A stretch of DNA of 64,000 nucleotides from an uncultured Alphaproteobacteria bacterium. GTDB lineage: Bacteria; Pseudomonadota; Alphaproteobacteria; RF32; CAG-239. Each line of letters opens with the position of its first letter. Position 1 is the first letter of the stretch. A model generated the notes under the pieces. It had not been told where the DNA came from, ran no database searches, and saw only the letters and a list, made by a program, of their open reading frames with translations. Made by a program: the position numbers and the translations under genes. Location of the stretch: contig CALXUM010000003.1 in the NCBI GenBank assembly GCA_944391685.1, forward strand, positions 73,481-137,480, read 5' to 3'. Of this stretch, positions 8,676 to 17,324 are shown in pieces.

Positions 8676-9338
8676 ATGATGAAAAAACTAATAAAATACT
8701 TTTTAATTTTAATATTTCTAATTTTTATATTAAGTTTTTGGGGTGTTTCCGTAGATCCTATTTGGCTTTCTAATATAAAGTGTTCGTTTGAACAAAACAC
8801 TATTTCTTTTTTTGATTTTATTATAGATACAGGAAATTCAATTAGTTTAGTTTTTGCTGTTTTAATTTTATGTTGCTTATTTAAATCTGAGATCTCTACT
8901 TTGATAAAATCTATATCTCAAAAAATATCAGAAATAAAAGTTTTAAGAATTAATCAGTGGCAATTAGAAACACTAGAAAAAGTTGAAAAAGAAGCTGAAA
9001 AGATACCTCATAAAACGATAAAAATAAATAACAGACAGCCCATAGATAGGTTTATGCACTCATGGATTAACTTTGAAAAAATATTTATGAAAGGATTAAA
9101 TCAATTTAATATAAGAACTGCTCTCTATGAAAGGTACAAATCGGGATTATTTGTTAAAGATGAATATGAATTTTTACTATTTATACTTAGGACAAGAAAT
9201 CAAGTTTTTCACGGTGAAAATATCTTTATATCTGATGAAGTTTATTTACAAATGTCTGATTTTTTAGATAGTTTAAGCATTATTTTGGAATATAAATGGA
9301 AAAATGAAGATCAAAAACGAAAAATAAGCAAAAAATAA
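8676..9338 (+). CDS. membrane-anchored protein with putative C-terminal HEPN-like domain
   Basis: 220 aa. Hydrophobic segments 'LIKYFLILIFLIFILSFWGV' and 'ISLVFAVLILCCLF'. C-terminal helical part contains 'LRTRNQVFHGE' (R-N-x3-H, fits the HEPN Rx4-6H signature). Starts 7 nt after the mod stop. Confidence 0.45.
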   Translation: MMKKLIKYFLILIFLIFILSFWGVSVDPIWLSNIKCSFEQNTISFFDFIIDTGNSISLVFAVLILCCLFKSEISTLIKSISQKISEIKVLRINQWQLETLEKVEKEAEKIPHKTIKINNRQPIDRFMHSWINFEKIFMKGLNQFNIRTALYERYKSGLFVKDEYEFLLFILRTRNQVFHGENIFISDEVYLQMSDFLDSLSIILEYKWKNEDQKRKISKK

Positions 9339-9396
9339 TAAAAACTATTTTCTTATGATTCACACCAAAAATAAATGAGGTTTATAAATAATACCG

Positions 9397-10032
9397 ATGG
9401 ATATAGTAAGCATAATTAATCAAATATCTTTCGCAGATGCCGGTAAAAGCCTTTTAAAAAAGTATCAAAATAAAAAAAAGGAAAACTTGCGTTGGGTTAT
9501 TGAAAAAGAAATGCGCCAAGGAGATTTTTCTCGTGTTAATGAAGATGATATGATTGCTATTTTCTACAGATTGACTCGCGAAGCATTAGAAGGTACGGCT
9601 ATATGCAATTTACGACTTATGGCACGTTTGATTTGTGGGTTAAATGAAAAAGGACAATTAACGGCAAATAATTTTCAAAAACACGCAAAAATATTAGCAG
9701 ATTTAGATGAAAATGAAATTGTACTTCTTGCAACAACTATAAAGTACCTAGAGAAGAATAACGATTCTTTTGAAATATATGATAGAGCATTAGATAATGC
9801 TTTAATAGAATTATTTGGCGAAAAACAAGGTAAAATTAATATATTATCCTATCATTCTTTACTGACAGGATTGCAACGTACAGGTTTGGTTGTAAAAAAT
9901 GGCATGGGGTCAAGCAAGTACAAATATGGACACGAATTTTCGTTAACTCCAAAATTTAAGGAATTGGTTGATTTATTTCCTAACTGGGAAGATATTGCAA
10001 CTTACTCTTGTGTAGGTAATAAAGAAAGATAA
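9397..10032 (+). CDS. hypothetical protein (no recognised domain)
   Basis: 211-aa ORF on the same strand, between the HEPN-like gene and the Mrr-like gene. Only a 4-nt gap to the next gene. Confidence 0.5.
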   Translation: MDIVSIINQISFADAGKSLLKKYQNKKKENLRWVIEKEMRQGDFSRVNEDDMIAIFYRLTREALEGTAICNLRLMARLICGLNEKGQLTANNFQKHAKILADLDENEIVLLATTIKYLEKNNDSFEIYDRALDNALIELFGEKQGKINILSYHSLLTGLQRTGLVVKNGMGSSKYKYGHEFSLTPKFKELVDLFPNWEDIATYSCVGNKER

Positions 10033-10036
10033 GATA

Positions 10037-10936
10037 ATGACAAATACCGGAATTGAATATGAACTTTTTGTGCAAAATTTAATGCAAGCTATACTTAATT
10101 CTGAAAATCAAGGCGGGCAGAAAAACATTAAAGTAAGACACAATGAAAAAATCGCTGATAAATTTGGTGTTGAACGGCAGTTTGATGTACTCTGGGAATA
10201 TGAATTAGGGGGAATCATCTATAATACAGTTATTGAATGTAAAGATTATAATTCCCCCATATCCATTGAAAAAATAGACGCTTTAATTGGTAAATTAAAA
10301 GATTATCCAAATTTTAGAGGAATTATTGCGACCACTAAAGGTTATCAATCAGGAGCTAAAGAAAAAGCCAAAAATAGTGGTATCGAATTATTGTGTGTTA
10401 GAAAATCTGATGATAGTGATTGGGTTAATGAAAAAGGGCAGCCCTTAGTAAGAAAAATATCCTTAAATATTACGATATGTCCATCGCCTGTGATTATAAA
10501 ATGTAAGACTTTTCTTGATAAGAAATACCTTGACGAAAACAATATAGATATAGAACAGATTAATATTTCAGATCCGTTAAATACTGAAGTTTTTATAGAA
10601 GATAAAACTAAAAATGAAAAATATTCCTTATATGAATTACAACAAAAAATTGCAAATAAAAATGATGATTATGGACTTCATGAAAAAGATATTGAATTTG
10701 AGGATGCTTATATTGTTAGGCAAAATATCAGACTAAAACTAAAAAAGCTTCATATTATATATTCAATAGCTCAACCATGTACTGAAACAATAACAATAGA
10801 CGGAGCAGATTATATTCTTGGTGTTGTGGAATATTTAAATCAAGGTAAGAAAAAGACTGTTTTTAATACTCCATATGAAGGAACACAAGTAAAAAATGAA
10901 GCCCTTCCCAATAAGTCTTTGGAGAAAAATTCATGA
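10037..10936 (+). CDS. Mrr-cat / PD-(D/E)xK restriction-endonuclease-like domain protein with unknown C-terminal domain
   Basis: 299 aa. N-terminal 'GIEYELFVQNLM...', 'RQFDVLWE...' and 'VIECKDY...IDALIGKL...GIIATTKGYQSGAKEKA...GIELL' follow the Mrr_cat pattern (E, D, ExK). Its stop overlaps the res start (ATGA). Confidence 0.65.
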   Translation: MTNTGIEYELFVQNLMQAILNSENQGGQKNIKVRHNEKIADKFGVERQFDVLWEYELGGIIYNTVIECKDYNSPISIEKIDALIGKLKDYPNFRGIIATTKGYQSGAKEKAKNSGIELLCVRKSDDSDWVNEKGQPLVRKISLNITICPSPVIIKCKTFLDKKYLDENNIDIEQINISDPLNTEVFIEDKTKNEKYSLYELQQKIANKNDDYGLHEKDIEFEDAYIVRQNIRLKLKKLHIIYSIAQPCTETITIDGADYILGVVEYLNQGKKKTVFNTPYEGTQVKNEALPNKSLEKNS

Positions 10937-13900
10937 AACTAAAGTTTAAGAATCAAGATTTTCAAAATGATGCTGTAGAAACGGTGGCAAGGCTTTTCAA
11001 AGGGCAAGAAAAGGCTAATACGACTTTTTCCATCTCGGATAATTCGGCTCAATATAATTTGCTTGAAAACGAGTTTGGCTTAGGCAACCGTCTTTTGATT
11101 GATGCCAAAACATTACAAGAAAACTTAAACACCGTGCAAAAGGCTCATGCCTTGCCTCAAACCGAAATTGATTCAGCTCAGGCTTTTCCTATCTCCGTTG
11201 AAATGGAAACCGGTACTGGAAAGACTTTTGTATATACCAAAACCATATTAGAGTTAAACAATCTTTACGGATTTACAAAATTTATTATTGTTGTGCCGAG
11301 TGTGGCTATTCGTGAAGGTGTTTATAAGTCTTTGCAAGTTACCGAAGATTATTTCAAAAACCAATATAATCGCCCTTATCACTACTTTATTTATAATTCT
11401 GCCAAACTCAATGCCGTTAAGAGTTTTGCAACTTCTGATAATATTGAGATTATGATTATTAATATTGACGCGTTCAAAAAAGCCGAAAATGTCATTAATC
11501 AAGAACAAGACAAATTAAACGGCGAAACGGCAATGCGTTATATTCAAAACACTAATCCGGTGGTGATTATTGATGAGCCGCAAAGTGTTGATAATACACC
11601 AAAAGCCAAAGAGGCGATTGCTTCACTTAATCCGCTTTGTGTCTTGAGATATTCGGCGACACACCGAGAAAAGCAAAATCTGGTTTATCGTTTGACGCCG
11701 GTTGATGCTTACCAAATGGGCTTAGTCAAACAAATCAGCGTGATTTCCAATTCAATCCTTAATGATTCAAACAAGCCTTATATTGCTCTGAAGGCTGTGT
11801 CTAATGCTAACGGATTTACCGCCAAGATAGAGATAGACGTTGAAAATAAAGAGGGACTGGTTAGCCGTAAGACAATTACGGTTAAACCGAATGATGATTT
11901 GTTTATTCTCTCCGGACACCGCGAACTTTATGAAGATTATGTCGTTTCCGGTATTGATTGCACTCCGGGGTATGAATGTATTGAGTTTTCTAATGCAGAA
12001 ACGGTTAATCTTGGAAAAGCGATTGGCTCCGTTGATGAAAATGTGATAAAACGTGCTCAAATCTACCACACTATAAAAACGCATTTAGATAAAGAATTAC
12101 GCTATTTTGATAAAGGGATTAAGGTTTTGTCGTTGTTCTTTATTGATGAGGTTAAAAAATATCGAACGGAAGACGGCGGCAAAGGAATTTATGCCCAGAT
12201 GTTTGAAGAATGTTACAACGAACTGATGGCTAAACCTAAATATGCCGTTTTGAAAGAAAAGTTTAATACGGATGTTGCAAAAGCTCATAACGGCTATTTC
12301 TCTCAAGATAAAAAAGGAAAATATAAAGACACCAAAGGCGACACGCTTGCAGATGATGATACATACAATACCATTATGAAAGACAAAGAGTGGTTGTTGT
12401 CTTTTGATTGTCCGTTAAGGTTTATCTTTTCTCACTCTGCCCTGAAGGAAGGTTGGGATAACCCGAATGTTTTTCAGGTTTGCACGCTTATCGACCAAAA
12501 ATCCGTGTTTACCTGTCGTCAAAAAGTCGGTCGTGGTTTGAGATTATGCGTTAATCAAAATGGTGAACGTATTGAAGACAAAGACATCAACATTCTGCAC
12601 GTGGTGGCAAATGAGAGTTTTGCCGAGTTTGCTCAAAAACTGCAAACCGAAATTGAAACTGAAACCGGCGTTAAGTTTGGCGTACTTGAATTGAGTATGC
12701 TGATTGGCTTGACTTATGATGAGGAAAAAGAAGTTCAAAAAGAAATTTCGCCCGAGATTGCAACGATTGTGATTGAAGATTTACAAAAATCAGGCGTTAT
12801 TGATGAACAAGGCTCTCTCAAAAATGAAGTGGCTCCGGAAGAAATTCAACTGACGAGTATTCCCGAGGCTATAAAACAAGAAGTTGTCAAAACCATAAAG
12901 AACGAAAAAACAGTTTCGGTTGCGGCTCTGGCCAGCAAAACTTATACTGAAAAAGTCGTTGAGAAAAAAGTTATTGATTATCACGAAGCCGCTCAAATGA
13001 TTGAAGACCTGAAAGAAAGCAAGGTTATTGATAAAAACGGCAAAATCAAAGATACAATGAAAGCTCAGCTTGCCGCAGGAACACTTAATTTGAACGAAAG
13101 GTATTCTAAAGCGGCTCAAAGAGCGATGTTGCAGGCCTTAAACAAAGCCGATACCAAGACAATTATCCGAGACGCAAGTAAAGAAGTTACGGTTCGACTG
13201 AAAAAGCAAGCCATAATCAGCCCCGAATTTTTGGAGCTTTGGAATAAAATCAAGCAAAAAACGACTTATCGGGTTAATTTTGACTTAGATGTCTTAGTGG
13301 CTAACTGTATTAAAGACTTAAAAGAAATGCCGGCTATATCTACCGCCCGATTAATTAGTCAGACTGCTGATATTGAAATTCAAAAATCAGGCGTTTCGCA
13401 TATTGAAAGAGCCATGGTTTCAACCAATTTAGAGCGAAACTATGATGTTTTGCCCGATATTTTAAGGTTGATATCCATAAAAACCTTATTAAAACGCTCA
13501 ACCATCAATAAAATTATTCAAGAAAGCGGTCGTGGAACGGACTTCCTCAAAAATCCGCAAGAGTTTTACGAAAAGACTTTAGAAATTATCAAACGAAACC
13601 GCCACAAATTGGCTATTGACGGTATTAAATATGTAAAACTTGCCGGTGAGGAATATTATATTCAAGAGATTTTTGATAGTTCCGAACTTATTGCCAACCT
13701 TGATAAAAACGCGGTGGCCGTGGAAAACAGCATATATGATTATGTGATTTATGACAGTAGTGTTGAAAATAAATTTGCCGTTGCTCTTGATAATGATCCT
13801 GATGTTAAGATGTTTTTCAAAATTCCGAGCCGCTTTACCATTGAAACACCTATCGGACCCTATAACCCCGATTGGGCGGTTTATTTGGAAAAGAACGGCG

Positions 13901-14073
13901 AACAGAAACTTTACTTTGTCTTAGAAACCAAAGGTACTGATTTTATTTATGGTTTGCGACCGGAAGAAGCCTTAAAGATTCATTGCGGATATGAACATTT
14001 TAAGGCTCTTGATAATGTTACATTCTCCGAAAATCCGGTTAAAGACTGGAGAGAATTTAAGCAAACGGTATGA
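10933..14073 (+). CDS. res: type III restriction enzyme Res subunit (helicase-nuclease)
   Basis: 1046 aa. N-terminal 'LKFKNQDFQNDAVETVARLF', Walker A 'METGTGKTFVYTKT', 'VVIIDEPQ', helicase C region 'HSALKEGWDNPNVFQ', and C-terminal 'YNPDWAV...LYFVLETKG' PD-(D/E)xK. Confidence 0.9.
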   Translation: MKLKFKNQDFQNDAVETVARLFKGQEKANTTFSISDNSAQYNLLENEFGLGNRLLIDAKTLQENLNTVQKAHALPQTEIDSAQAFPISVEMETGTGKTFVYTKTILELNNLYGFTKFIIVVPSVAIREGVYKSLQVTEDYFKNQYNRPYHYFIYNSAKLNAVKSFATSDNIEIMIINIDAFKKAENVINQEQDKLNGETAMRYIQNTNPVVIIDEPQSVDNTPKAKEAIASLNPLCVLRYSATHREKQNLVYRLTPVDAYQMGLVKQISVISNSILNDSNKPYIALKAVSNANGFTAKIEIDVENKEGLVSRKTITVKPNDDLFILSGHRELYEDYVVSGIDCTPGYECIEFSNAETVNLGKAIGSVDENVIKRAQIYHTIKTHLDKELRYFDKGIKVLSLFFIDEVKKYRTEDGGKGIYAQMFEECYNELMAKPKYAVLKEKFNTDVAKAHNGYFSQDKKGKYKDTKGDTLADDDTYNTIMKDKEWLLSFDCPLRFIFSHSALKEGWDNPNVFQVCTLIDQKSVFTCRQKVGRGLRLCVNQNGERIEDKDINILHVVANESFAEFAQKLQTEIETETGVKFGVLELSMLIGLTYDEEKEVQKEISPEIATIVIEDLQKSGVIDEQGSLKNEVAPEEIQLTSIPEAIKQEVVKTIKNEKTVSVAALASKTYTEKVVEKKVIDYHEAAQMIEDLKESKVIDKNGKIKDTMKAQLAAGTLNLNERYSKAAQRAMLQALNKADTKTIIRDASKEVTVRLKKQAIISPEFLELWNKIKQKTTYRVNFDLDVLVANCIKDLKEMPAISTARLISQTADIEIQKSGVSHIERAMVSTNLERNYDVLPDILRLISIKTLLKRSTINKIIQESGRGTDFLKNPQEFYEKTLEIIKRNRHKLAIDGIKYVKLAGEEYYIQEIFDSSELIANLDKNAVAVENSIYDYVIYDSSVENKFAVALDNDPDVKMFFKIPSRFTIETPIGPYNPDWAVYLEKNGEQKLYFVLETKGTDFIYGLRPEEALKIHCGYEHFKALDNVTFSENPVKDWREFKQTV

Positions 14074-14077
14074 TAAA

Positions 14078-16642
14078 ATGGGCTATTCTCGGTTACAATC
14101 ATCATTTGAGGCGGTATGGAAGGCTAGAAAATTAGCCGGTTTAGTTCATGATGATAATTTTTTGCCGGTTTATGCTTCTGCCAATATCAAAATTTTGCCT
14201 TATCAAATTGCCGCGGCCAGATTTGCCTTGCGTTCGGGCAATCTAAAAGGTTGTATTTTGTGTGATGAAGGTAGTTTGGGAAAAACCTACGAGGCGTTGT
14301 TGGTTGTTTCCCAGCGCTGGTATGAAGGAAATGAACATATTTTAATTGTTTTGCCGCAAAATTTAATATCACAATGGCTAAGCAAACTCACGGAAGAATT
14401 TAATTTACCGCTTATTGACTGGGCAGAATATACGCAAGAAAGCCAAGGTGTATGCTTAACAACTTATGAAAATGTTGTTAAAAACGCCGATAAAATTGCC
14501 TCTATTAATTGGAATTTGGCTGTTTTTGATGAAGCTGATTTTCTCTTTAAACCCGACAATAAGTCCGTTATGGTGATTAAAAACGCAATCGGAAATGCTT
14601 TCAAACTTCTTTTGACACCAACGCCGATTACTATGAGTATTATGGATATTTATGGTCTTATTCATTTTATTGATGAAACATTATTGCCGGACGCAGACAG
14701 TTTTTATAAACGCTATTTCAGAAAGCCTGAAAATTATCCCGAATTATCATCTTGGGTATCGCAATTTGCTTTTCGTACCTTAAAAAAACAGGTCGAACCG
14801 TATGTTAATTTTACTAAACGGTTGCCTTTTGTGTTAAATTACTCACCTCAAGATGAAGAAAAACAACTTTATGACTTGGTAGCCAAATATTTATCTTTGC
14901 CAAACAAAACCGCTTATCCGCAAATGGATAATTACCAACTGGCTTTACAGTTTTATCATACTTTGTCATCTTCTTCACAAGCCTTTGGCCAAATGCTTGA
15001 AGCTCCGATTGAACGTGCCGAAAATGAGGAAAAAGTATTTTTGCAAGAAATACAAAAACTTGCCTTAAAGATTAAACTTTCTGCCAAAATGCAAGAATTA
15101 TTAACGGCATTAAAGACCATTTTTGCACATCTAAGATCTCGCAAGGAAACACAAAAAGTTCTTATATTTGTAGAAAACTCAACCACATTGACGATATTGG
15201 CTGATTTGTTGCAAGCAGAACAATATACGGTTATCACACACACCGATAAAAATGCTTTGGAAAAATTCCGAGAAGATAAAAATATTCAGATTTTCTTGAC
15301 TAACGATACAACAGCCAAAGGACTTGATATTGAGTATTGTCCGGTGGTTATAAATTATGATTTGCTTTATAATGCCGTTGAAATGGAGCAAAGAATCTGT
15401 CGTTGCCACCGCCAAGGACAAAATTCTGATGTTTTGGTTGTTAATTTGCTTAGTAAGGAAAATATGTCTGATGTGCGTATTTTGGAGCTGATTAACAAAC
15501 GAACATTACAATTTCAGGGGATTTTTGGAATGTCCGATGATATTGTCGGCAATTTTGATGAAAAATTATCTGATGTTTTGCAAAAACGGCGGACTTTATC
15601 CGATATTCAAAATGATTTTATGACGAATATGAATATCAATAAAAATGCAAACGCTCAAATTGTATCTGAGGCGGAAAGCGTCTTATTTACCACTTTTACC
15701 AAAGATATTGCCGAAAAAGTTCAAGTTTCACCAAAATATATTCAAGAACAAGCCGAATGTATTAATCAAGATTTATGGGAAGTCGTAAAGTTTTATTTTG
15801 AAAAGTATTTTCCTCAATATATTATAGATAACACCAACAAAACCTTAACCTTATCTGAAAATTGTCCGCCACCTTGCTTGTTTTATTATTCAAGCGGAAA
15901 CAGAAATGTGCCGTACACCGGAAAGAAATGCTACGGTATGTCTAAAGATTTTAAGCCGGCTTCCCATCGTATTACCTTAACCTCAATTTTGGTGAAAGGA
16001 ATTTTGGAAGAAATTAAATGTTCTGAAAACGGAAAAATTAAGATAAACGGCAATGTTCCTTGTTGTGAAATTTCTATGTATAATGTGGTGTTGCGGCAAA
16101 ATAAAACTTTTTTAAGAACGTATGATATTTTGTTTGGGCAATATGAAAACAGAGATATCTTATCTCAAGATGAATGTGAAAAGATTTTGGCTCAACCTGT
16201 TGAAAGTTGTGAAGAAACAGGACAGGAAACGGCTTATTGGCTTAAGTTGATGTCTTCTTCCAATGTAAAGTTACCAAATATTATTGAAGAAACCATAAAA
16301 AAAGATTATCTCAAAGAGCAAGAAAAGTCTTTTAATGCGGATATTGATATCATCAAGATGAAAGCAAGTCGGCAAAAATCTATTTTGGAGCAAAATATTA
16401 ATATTGCTAAAGCCGAAGTAAAGAAAATCAAAGATAAATTGTCTTGTGCCACCGATAGACTGGAAGAATTAAAAATACAAAAACAATTAAATTGCCAAGA
16501 AAAAAATTTAAGAAAAAAAGAAGAAGGTCTGTTTTTAGAACAAATGCAGATTGAGACCGCCACTGAGGAAGAAATAGAAAAACTTAGTAAGGTTGATGAA
16601 ATATTTGTAAACAATTCGTTAATATTTAGAATAAGATATTAA
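14078..16642 (+). CDS. SNF2-family helicase with long C-terminal extension
   Basis: 'ILPYQIAAARFAL', 'CDEGSLGKTYEA' (motif I), 'VFDEADF' (II), 'LLLTPTPITMS' (III), and 'AKGLDIEYCPVVINYDLLYNAVEMEQRICRCHRQGQ' (V-VI). ATG at 14078 lies 4 nt after the res stop. The track start at 13991 would overlap res. Confidence 0.85.
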   Translation: MGYSRLQSSFEAVWKARKLAGLVHDDNFLPVYASANIKILPYQIAAARFALRSGNLKGCILCDEGSLGKTYEALLVVSQRWYEGNEHILIVLPQNLISQWLSKLTEEFNLPLIDWAEYTQESQGVCLTTYENVVKNADKIASINWNLAVFDEADFLFKPDNKSVMVIKNAIGNAFKLLLTPTPITMSIMDIYGLIHFIDETLLPDADSFYKRYFRKPENYPELSSWVSQFAFRTLKKQVEPYVNFTKRLPFVLNYSPQDEEKQLYDLVAKYLSLPNKTAYPQMDNYQLALQFYHTLSSSSQAFGQMLEAPIERAENEEKVFLQEIQKLALKIKLSAKMQELLTALKTIFAHLRSRKETQKVLIFVENSTTLTILADLLQAEQYTVITHTDKNALEKFREDKNIQIFLTNDTTAKGLDIEYCPVVINYDLLYNAVEMEQRICRCHRQGQNSDVLVVNLLSKENMSDVRILELINKRTLQFQGIFGMSDDIVGNFDEKLSDVLQKRRTLSDIQNDFMTNMNINKNANAQIVSEAESVLFTTFTKDIAEKVQVSPKYIQEQAECINQDLWEVVKFYFEKYFPQYIIDNTNKTLTLSENCPPPCLFYYSSGNRNVPYTGKKCYGMSKDFKPASHRITLTSILVKGILEEIKCSENGKIKINGNVPCCEISMYNVVLRQNKTFLRTYDILFGQYENRDILSQDECEKILAQPVESCEETGQETAYWLKLMSSSNVKLPNIIEETIKKDYLKEQEKSFNADIDIIKMKASRQKSILEQNINIAKAEVKKIKDKLSCATDRLEELKIQKQLNCQEKNLRKKEEGLFLEQMQIETATEEEIEKLSKVDEIFVNNSLIFRIRY

Positions 16643-16647
16643 AAAAA

Positions 16648-16675
16648 TCCCCACAGAAAATAAATTCTGTGGGGA
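16648..16675. terminator. bidirectional rho-independent terminator
   Basis: Perfect 11-bp stem TCCCCACAGAA-aataaa-TTCTGTGGGGA, with an A-run before and a T-rich tail after. Lies between the convergent SNF2 and XRE genes. Confidence 0.65.
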
Positions 16676-16692
16676 GATTTTGTAAACATGTT

Positions 16693-17199
16693 CTAATCAA
16701 TATTTTTATCCAAGCTTTCAGATAAATTATAAGAAGTCGTTTTTGATAAGGAGATTATCATATCACGAATTGATTGTTGTAATTTGCAATTTTTAATTTT
16801 TTCTAAAGCTATTATTAGTTCGATATTGTTTTCCTTAAACAAAGGATCAGATTCTGTATTAATCAAAACATTTTCATTACTAATTCCATAAAGCCTGCGA
16901 GGGCTATATTTATCAATTTTTTCATCAATTCCTTCGTAAAAATAATTAACTGGCACTTTTAATACCAAAGCCATATCCCAAATACGGCTTGCTCCCATCC
17001 GGTTAATTCCTTTTTCATATTTTTGAATTTGTTGGAAGGTAACACCCAACAATGAAGCCAGCTTGGCTTGTGAAATTTTTAACATTTCTCGGCGTAATCT
17101 GAGACGATTTCCTACATAGACATCTATAGGGTTGGCCTCACCATTTATCATTCTTCCCCTAGATTTTATAACATTAGTCCTAATTTGATTATGATTCAT
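16693..17199 (-). CDS. XRE-family helix-turn-helix transcriptional regulator
   Basis: 168 aa. 'VGNRLRLRREMLKISQAKLASLLGVTFQQIQKYEKGINRMGASR' is a canonical Cro/C1-type HTH. Confidence 0.8.
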   Translation of the reverse strand: MNHNQIRTNVIKSRGRMINGEANPIDVYVGNRLRLRREMLKISQAKLASLLGVTFQQIQKYEKGINRMGASRIWDMALVLKVPVNYFYEGIDEKIDKYSPRRLYGISNENVLINTESDPLFKENNIELIIALEKIKNCKLQQSIRDMIISLSKTTSYNLSESLDKNID

Positions 17200-17290
17200 A
17201 ACACACTCCTAACTATGTTATTAAAATAGGTTTATAAGATTTCCATATCTTTTGTATACCGTATTGTGAAATCAAATTTTTTATAGACAG

Positions 17291-17324
17291 CACAAAACGA
17301 CCACCTTTTGCACAAAGGTGGTCG
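17291..17324 (-). terminator. rho-independent terminator downstream of the prophage lysis genes
   Basis: Perfect 11-bp stem CGACCACCTTT-gtgca-AAAGGTGGTCG, followed on the minus strand by TTTTG. Confidence 0.6.

Noticed and set aside
13991-14077. ORF-track start of the SNF2 gene at 13991
   Set aside because: It would overlap the last 83 nt of res in another frame. ATG at 14078 lies 4 nt after the res stop, and helicase homology begins after it.
7038-16614. Many 60-120 aa minus-strand ORFs inside mod, res and the SNF2 gene (for example 7038-7391, 11767-12084, 12790-13119, 16306-16614)
   Set aside because: They are embedded antisense in long genes with clear homology. Their composition is typical of AT-rich antisense frames and they have no RBS or context.
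6732-16642. Classifying the operon as DISARM or BREX
   Set aside because: It has no DUF1998/DrmB-like or PLD gene, and no PglZ, BrxC/PglY or BrxL-like gene. The large helicase-nuclease is a typical type III Res, not DrmA.
16693-17199. Controller (C) protein of the type III R-M system
   Set aside because: C proteins are small (about 80-100 aa) and lie upstream of, and co-oriented with, the restriction gene. This one is 168 aa, convergent, and downstream of the operon.
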